This document shows, piece by piece, positions 58,601 through 64,000 of a stretch of DNA of 64,000 bases. Position numbers and translations under genes: made by a program. Positions within the stretch are counted from its first letter, which is position 1. Every line of letters starts with the position of its first letter. The notes under the pieces were generated by a model. The model was not told the origin of the DNA and made no database searches. It worked only from the letters and a program-made list of their open reading frames with translations. This stretch comes from an uncultured Acidobacteriota bacterium. GTDB taxonomy: Bacteria; Acidobacteriota; Terriglobia; Acidiferrales; UBA7541. Location: positions 800,569 through 864,568 of the forward strand of contig CAVYQD010000001.1 in NCBI GenBank assembly GCA_963770575.1, written 5' to 3'.

Positions 58601-60772
58601 GGCGTCGTCAGACTCACAGTAATGTCGTCGGAAGTGATGTTCTGAACATTTTTCAACAATGTGTCGATGCGATGTTCGTTCACGAGATTTAGATCGTGAC
58701 CCGCTGGCCCGTTCGGGCCGGTGACTCCCGCTAGGAACCTCAAAAAGAGCGGCGGGAAATGCTCGAAGTTGATTTGTGCATGGACGTGCAGCGGGCCCTG
58801 AATCGTTACGCCCATGGCCTGAAGCTGCTGCTGGGTGGGAAGTTGAATTTCGTAGTTGTACACCCGCGGATGCAGCGGCTGGAGCGAACGGAAATTATCA
58901 ACGGAGTTCGCGAGCGCCGCTTGAAACGTTTCTTCGAAGTGAGCGCCCTTGGCAGTTATTGGCTGTCCAGTATTTGGATCGATGCGTCCGATTGCCTGCC
59001 CCGGAAGGAAAATGTGCGTCAACTCATTGCGGAAGAGGACGAGGCCTTCCTGCGCGCCGACAAATACGCGCGCATCGGGACCATCGTCCGGGCCTGACTC
59101 GAACAGCAAATTGTTGCCGCCGTTCGTCCCGGTACCTGCCGTGAACGTGGCTGTATGAGTGCCCGGATCGACGATGGCGTGGAGATGTTCGAGGTCTTCG
59201 TCGTCGAGATTGCCGTCGGGCGCCGCCTCGCCCGTATTCGGATGCGGTTTGTCGACCAGATAGCCGGACTGGTACAGAAGGAATCCGTTGTTGTCCGTGA
59301 CGGCCATTTGGACGTAGACGGTTCGCTCTTGCGAAAATCCCGCAGGGAGCCGGTGGCCGGTGAGTGAAACTGCTTCGAGCCTCACTGTGAATTTCTGGCC
59401 CAGTTGCGCGGATGTATCTGTCTTGCTCAGCGTGAGCCGCGCGGCCGCCTTCATCAGATCTTCGCGACGAGTAGAGAGGCCGTTGGGCACGCCGTGCGTG
59501 TCCATTCCGGTTGCGTTGGGATCGGGATAGGGACCCAACCGTGAGCTCAATTCATTTACGGTGAGGAGGGGAACGTCGACGCCCGTGAAGTAGTGTTCGA
59601 CGACTTTGCGTTGCGGAAGCGCAGCGTTCTGGTCCGTCGAAACTCCCGGAACCGCGGCGTAAGTCGGTGGCAAACATACCCGGCGTGGGAGTGGTCACGG
59701 TCATATCGCCGACCTGATAGGTGGTGCTGCCGGCGTATGGGAACAGCGACATGTGGCAATCCTGGCAACGAACGATCTGGCCGAATGGATTGCTCGTGCT
59801 GTTATAGGGACCGACCTGCCACTCGGTGCTCAAATTTTCGAGGCGGAAGTAGCTGACGTTTTGACCGCCAGGATTCATGTTGTGCTCTTCAGCGGTCAAG
59901 TTCCGGTTAGGAACGCGCACGTCATGGCAAGTGTTGCAGAAAGCTCCTGCGCGCAGGAATGCGATCTTGCCGGAGTCGTTGCTCACGACGTGGAAATTAT
60001 TTTTGACGGCTACGGGAAACAGGAACGGCCCGGTTTTCAGGGTCGTCTGGTTCAGCAACAGGCTGGTGTTCGCGAAGCCGTCCATCTGCAAGCTGCGATG
60101 GAGGTCCGGCCCGTTTTCGTCGTGGCAGAAGTCGCAAGAAATTCCGGAAGCGGCGAGAGAAGGCATAGAGCCCGCCGGCGGATCGCCACCCGGTACCGGC
60201 GGCAAAGTCTGATTTCCATTCGCGTCGACGAGCACATAGTCCCGCAGCGGCCGGAACAATTGCGGCTGAAAACATTGCTGGCCCGGGGGCGGCGCAGGAT
60301 TACAGGTGCCCAGGCCGGGAATCTGCGGAACTTCCCGCAGGGCTGGATTTTCGCCCAATACTTCGGCATTCGCATTGTGACAAGTAAAACAAAAACCCGC
60401 CTGCACCTGGCGCGTTTCGGTGAGGACCGGCGAGCTATACATGTTCGTATTCAGAAGCGTGCCATCTGGAAGGACGATAGTGCTGTCCTTGTATACGGGG
60501 CGCAGCAAGCCGCCATTCACGAGATTGCCGGCCGATTCGAGGCCATTGAACAACGGGCTGACGTTGCGGTAGCCCGATTTCACGGCACTGTGAAGCTCGT
60601 CATACTGGCGCTGGTGGCACGGCAAACAATTTTCCGACGGTTGAAACGACTGCGGCTGAAAAGAAACGACCGGAGGATTGGGAACACTTTCAACCTGCGT
60701 GCCGCTGCACCCGAGCTGCAGGATGCAAAGGAATGCAGTACCAGCAGTCGCAATGAGAGCCCGGAGACGCAA
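58597..60772 (-). pseudogene. lipoprotein-like multihaem c-type cytochrome (5 CXXCH) with a Cys-free C-terminal domain; apparent frameshift
   Basis: ORF 59552..60772: MRLRALIATAGTAFLCILQLGC (signal plus possible lipobox). Motifs CLPCH, CFTCH, CDFCH, CNTCH, CQDCH. ORF 58597..59673 continues in another frame (..TPTPGM | LPPTYAAVPGVSTDQ..). The junction is at the AAA run 59672-59674 (+ strand). Confidence 0.75.
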
Positions 60773-61154
60773 AATCGTTTACCTGCCGGAAAAGATGCTG
60801 GAGAGCGTATCGCAGTCGCTCGGATTATTGCAATTGAAATGAGTCCGCGAGGGCTTATATCCGGCGCAGAATTTCATTCATGTACCTCTGTGAAACTCAG
60901 CGAAGCGAAAACAGACGCTGCATCACAGACAATCTAGTAAGGTCGGATGCGGGTGATTACGGAATGATCGCAGCGGTCAAGATTCGAAGAGCTTTTCAGT
61001 TGTGAAGTATATGTTCCTATGTAAAATGAGGCCCCAACGGGGGTTGTGCCCGATGGATACCGCTCAGAGCTGACCCTCCGGTTTTTGTTTTTGCGACAGC
61101 GCTTCGTGTAGTGCGCCATTCAATAGATTCGAATCTGTCAGCAGGTAGATCTGG

Positions 61155-62852
61155 ATGTTGCCGTGGATTTGGAGCAGCGTTTTTGCCGGTCGAATCGCGA
61201 CCGCAGGAAAAAGCGTGCCAAGGCAGTCTCGATATCTACTTTCGTTGAGCGTTTTCGCGCTGGCGCTTTCGTTCGCAAGAAGCGCGGGCGCACAGCAAAG
61301 TTCGTCTCCGCCACTTCCCGATAAAGCCGAGAAGTCGAATCAGAATATTGCGGACGACTGGGGAAGCCTGCTGCACGACACGATTCCACAGACGCAAGTC
61401 GATCCCAACCTCGCGGTTCCTCAAAATGCATTCGAGCACACCGCCGGGCAGGATTTTCTGGACCACTTCTTCTACGAAAGCCGCCTGGATTATATTCGAA
61501 CGCAAACGTATTTTACGGGGAACCCAACTGCGACGGGCGTAATCGACGGTCCGCCCAGCCCGGTGCAGAACCCTAACGGGATTGTCGATCCGGCAGTTTT
61601 TCAGCCCAGTACGAACATGATGTACGCGTTTATGAATTGGGGCACGCGCGGCTGGCTATCGGACCGTCTGAACACAAATTTTTCGTTTCGCTACGAGCAG
61701 AATCTCACGCATGTGGACGACGGATCGCCTGGGCAAAGCATTCTCACCACGTTTCCTTCGAGCCGGAGATTGGAATTGCTTTCAGGCTATGCGGAGATTC
61801 AGGGGCGCGCTTCGGACGGGGTGTTTGCCGGAACTTCGCTTCGTCTGGGGCGGCAGAATATTTATGGCGCGGAAGTGGCGTCGCTGGACGGCGCGTCGTT
61901 TACGATGGCCCGAAAGAGATATTCGTACACGATATTCGGCGGGCGGCGTTTCACGTACTACTCCGATCCGGCGCAGCGAGCGATCGGCGGCGGGAGCCTC
62001 GACCTGCACTTCGGAGATAGCGGAATTTTTCAGTACGAAGCGCTTTTCTACATCAAAGGCAGCCAGGTGTTTTCGTACCGGCAGCGATTCGGCCGCTCGT
62101 GGATGTTCAGCACGTACTACAAAATGATTGGCGGCGCGGCGATCGACTACGGCGCGAATGCGATCTGGACTCCCGGCGGCAGCGGGAAAACGATGGTGCG
62201 CCTCGGCTACCTCCAGAAGCTCACCGACCAGGATTATTTTTACGATTACACGGAAGGCGCGCGGGACCACGATATTCACAATCCGGTGTTGCGTCTGAAT
62301 CTGGGTACGTTTTCGCCGTACAGCCAATTTCTGGTGGATGCGCGACGGACCGTAAATTCCCGAGTTTTGTTGAGCGGCGGAGTGATTGTCCTTCACCTGA
62401 ACGATTCGAGCCAGCAGGGGCCGTTCGATACTTCGTACCAGGATTATCGCGCCGACGCGCAGGTGTATCCCGGCAGGCAGTACGTGTTGTTTTTCGAGTA
62501 CCACGAAAGAGACTCGGATCGATTGAGTTCCGCCAACGTGACGCAATTGAGCGATATCAGCACGACGGGCGAAACGAAAATCCGCGATTTCAGCGTAGAG
62601 CTCGGCCACACATATATGGATGGAAGGCTCACGCTAAAAGCCGGCGGCTTCTTCCGGCTGCTCAACTTTCAAGACGCGTTCACGATCATCAATGGCGCGC
62701 ACGATTTCGGAATGCTTGCGACCGCGCAATTCAAACTGGACCGTCGAACGCGTTTCTATCTCGATTACGGGCTCGATAGCGATTATTTTGTGTTCCGGCC
62801 GGATATTCAGAACGCCCAGACGTTCCGTGTGGGCATGGCGTGGACATACTGA
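61155..62852 (+). CDS. predicted outer-membrane beta-barrel protein (porin-like), family unassigned
   Basis: 565-aa ORF. An alternative GTG at 61215 after AGGAAA gives a cleaner signal peptide (PRQSRYLLSLSVFALALSFARSAGA|QQ). Many alternating amphipathic strands (NTNFSFRYEQ, ASFTMARKRYSYTIFGG, WMFSTYYKMIGG, YVLFFEYHE). C-terminal ..FRVGMAWTY. Confidence 0.65.
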   Translation: MLPWIWSSVFAGRIATAGKSVPRQSRYLLSLSVFALALSFARSAGAQQSSSPPLPDKAEKSNQNIADDWGSLLHDTIPQTQVDPNLAVPQNAFEHTAGQDFLDHFFYESRLDYIRTQTYFTGNPTATGVIDGPPSPVQNPNGIVDPAVFQPSTNMMYAFMNWGTRGWLSDRLNTNFSFRYEQNLTHVDDGSPGQSILTTFPSSRRLELLSGYAEIQGRASDGVFAGTSLRLGRQNIYGAEVASLDGASFTMARKRYSYTIFGGRRFTYYSDPAQRAIGGGSLDLHFGDSGIFQYEALFYIKGSQVFSYRQRFGRSWMFSTYYKMIGGAAIDYGANAIWTPGGSGKTMVRLGYLQKLTDQDYFYDYTEGARDHDIHNPVLRLNLGTFSPYSQFLVDARRTVNSRVLLSGGVIVLHLNDSSQQGPFDTSYQDYRADAQVYPGRQYVLFFEYHERDSDRLSSANVTQLSDISTTGETKIRDFSVELGHTYMDGRLTLKAGGFFRLLNFQDAFTIINGAHDFGMLATAQFKLDRRTRFYLDYGLDSDYFVFRPDIQNAQTFRVGMAWTY

Positions 62853-62856
62853 CGAA

Positions 62857-64000
62857 ATGAGCGGACGCCTCCAACGAATTGCCGTCGCGCTGCTTGCGCT
62901 CGTGGTGTGGCTGGGGTGCGTTCGAATTTCCGGCGCGCAACAGAGTGCGCCCGCACCGGCTGCAGCAGCGCCCGGACCTGCCGCCGCGCCTGCTGCGAAA
63001 CCTGCTGCGCCAGGCGCTGGCGCGCCCGCAACGCCTTCGAACGAACCTTTTTTTCTGCACGCGTACCACATGAAGACCGTCGGCCTTGAGTGCGACACGT
63101 GCCATGTCCCGCAGAAAGAGGGTTCGGTGGTGTTGCAGCGGCCCGGCCACGACCAATGCACTCCATGCCACGAAGAAGCGTTCAACGAAAAGCTAAATCC
63201 CAAAATTTGCGCGCAGTGCCATTCGGATTTTCCGCCCACGAGCTCGGACGGCTTGTTTCCGTATCCGCGTTTCAAGGGCCAGCGCTCACTGCTGATCGAT
63301 TTCGCGCATTCTCGCCACGTGGATCCGCAAGGGCGCAACGATTCCAGAACCGGTTTTCGCGCGGATTGCGCTTTCTGCCACAGCTTCGACGCGCAGGGGC
63401 TCTATGCGAAATTCCCGACTCACGCGCAATGCACTTCGTGTCATGCGAAGCCCGGCTTCAAGCCGGTATTGAGCGCGAAATCGACGACTGCGGATTGCCG
63501 CGGCTGCCACGCGCCGGAAGAAATTGAGAATCCGGATTCGGCTACGCATCACGCGGAGCTTTCTGCGCAGGTGCTTACCGGAACTTATGCGGGAATTCGT
63601 TTCTCGCATGTGGCGCACAACAAAGTTCGCGATGAATACCACGTGAATTGCACCACCTGCCACTCGGATGTGTTGAAGAGCACCGGCCTTGCCGATCTCA
63701 CGCTTCCGAAAATGATCGATTGCGTCGGCTGCCACGACACGTCGAAAAGCATTCCGGCACAATATTCAATGTCCAACTGCAACGTCTGTCACGTGGATGT
63801 GAAGAACGGCCCGATGCCTCCGAGCCACAGCCGCTACGTGAAGCCCGCTTTCCACGATGAAAGTTTCCGCCAACATCACTCGGAACAGGCGTCTGAAGCC
63901 AACGCGAAATGCTTTGTGTGCCATACGAACGTTTCTCCGTCGGCGACCGTGAAGCAGCAATGTGTTTCGTGCCACGAGGTTTCGCGCCCGATTTCCCACA
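62857..64000 (+). CDS. multihaem c-type cytochrome (at least 11 haems), concatenated c7/c3-like modules; 3-prime partial
   Basis: Not in the ORF track (no stop before 64000). Hand translation from ATG 62857: MSGRLQRIAVALLALVVWLGCVRISGAQQ, an Ala/Pro linker, then CDTCH, CTPCH, CAQCH, CAFCH, CTSCH, CRGCH, CTTCH, CVGCH, CNVCH, CFVCH, CVSCH within 381 aa. Starts 4 nt after the beta-barrel gene stop. Confidence 0.85.
   Translation, partial: MSGRLQRIAVALLALVVWLGCVRISGAQQSAPAPAAAAPGPAAAPAAKPAAPGAGAPATPSNEPFFLHAYHMKTVGLECDTCHVPQKEGSVVLQRPGHDQCTPCHEEAFNEKLNPKICAQCHSDFPPTSSDGLFPYPRFKGQRSLLIDFAHSRHVDPQGRNDSRTGFRADCAFCHSFDAQGLYAKFPTHAQCTSCHAKPGFKPVLSAKSTTADCRGCHAPEEIENPDSATHHAELSAQVLTGTYAGIRFSHVAHNKVRDEYHVNCTTCHSDVLKSTGLADLTLPKMIDCVGCHDTSKSIPAQYSMSNCNVCHVDVKNGPMPPSHSRYVKPAFHDESFRQHHSEQASEANAKCFVCHTNVSPSATVKQQCVSCHEVSRPISH

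Noticed and set aside
59753-60937. 394-aa plus-strand ORF
   Set aside because: Antisense to the 5-haem cytochrome gene. No motifs.
61782-63762. Minus-strand ORFs 61782..62609, 62634..63338, 62731..63171 and 63286..63762
   Set aside because: Antisense to the beta-barrel gene and to the hand-translated CXXCH-rich ORF. Their compositions (Arg/Ala/Gly runs) are shadow-like, whereas the plus frame has 11 haem motifs.
1-64000. Scan for CRISPR arrays, transposases, integrases, reverse transcriptases, restriction-modification or other defence-type genes
   Set aside because: No repeat-spacer periodicity and no ORF with the corresponding catalytic motifs was found. The only repeats are the short operator-like and REP-like elements listed above.

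Overview
This 64-kb window looks like ordinary chromosomal DNA from an acidobacterium (Terriglobia-like). The taxon call rests on an ADOP-type duplicated FtsX permease and a CarboxypepD_reg-type TonB-dependent receptor, both characteristic of that phylum. I support about 50 protein genes, one tRNA-Asn, a few terminators and operator-like repeats. I found no transposase, integrase, CRISPR or recognisable defence genes. Content by position: 12-3646 holds a secreted SH3 protein, an EVE-domain protein and an ABC-F ATPase. 3870-16838 is a surface-glycan cluster: AsnB-type amidotransferase, two NodU/CmcH carbamoyltransferases, GT4, nucleotide-sugar epimerase, WecA/MraY-type initiating transferase, geranylgeranyl-reductase-like flavoprotein, Ugd and UDP-xylose synthase. 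16932-30226 is mainly housekeeping (mtnA, CPBP protease, uvrA, quinone oxidoreductase, tRNA-Asn, rhodanese, polA). 30582-36449 holds a TonB-dependent receptor and an ECF sigma/anti-sigma pair. 36550-57356 is mainly metabolism and transport (kbl-tdh, ADOP permease, POT transporter, pncA-pncB, HU, M20 peptidase, acyl-CoA ligase-panE, a kinase-BtpA-PsuG operon). The most interesting part is 57773-64000. It is a divergent locus with a 5-haem lipoprotein-like cytochrome plus a TPR-like protein on the minus strand. On the plus strand it has a predicted outer-membrane beta-barrel followed by a cytochrome with at least 11 haems. That last ORF runs off the window edge and is missing from the supplied ORF track. 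I read the locus as a candidate porin-cytochrome electron conduit. A second window-wide observation is that six otherwise full-length genes, including uvrA, carry single-nucleotide frameshifts, mostly at short homopolymer runs. This points to indel errors in the assembly unless reads confirm them. All functional calls come from reading motifs by eye; no database search was possible.
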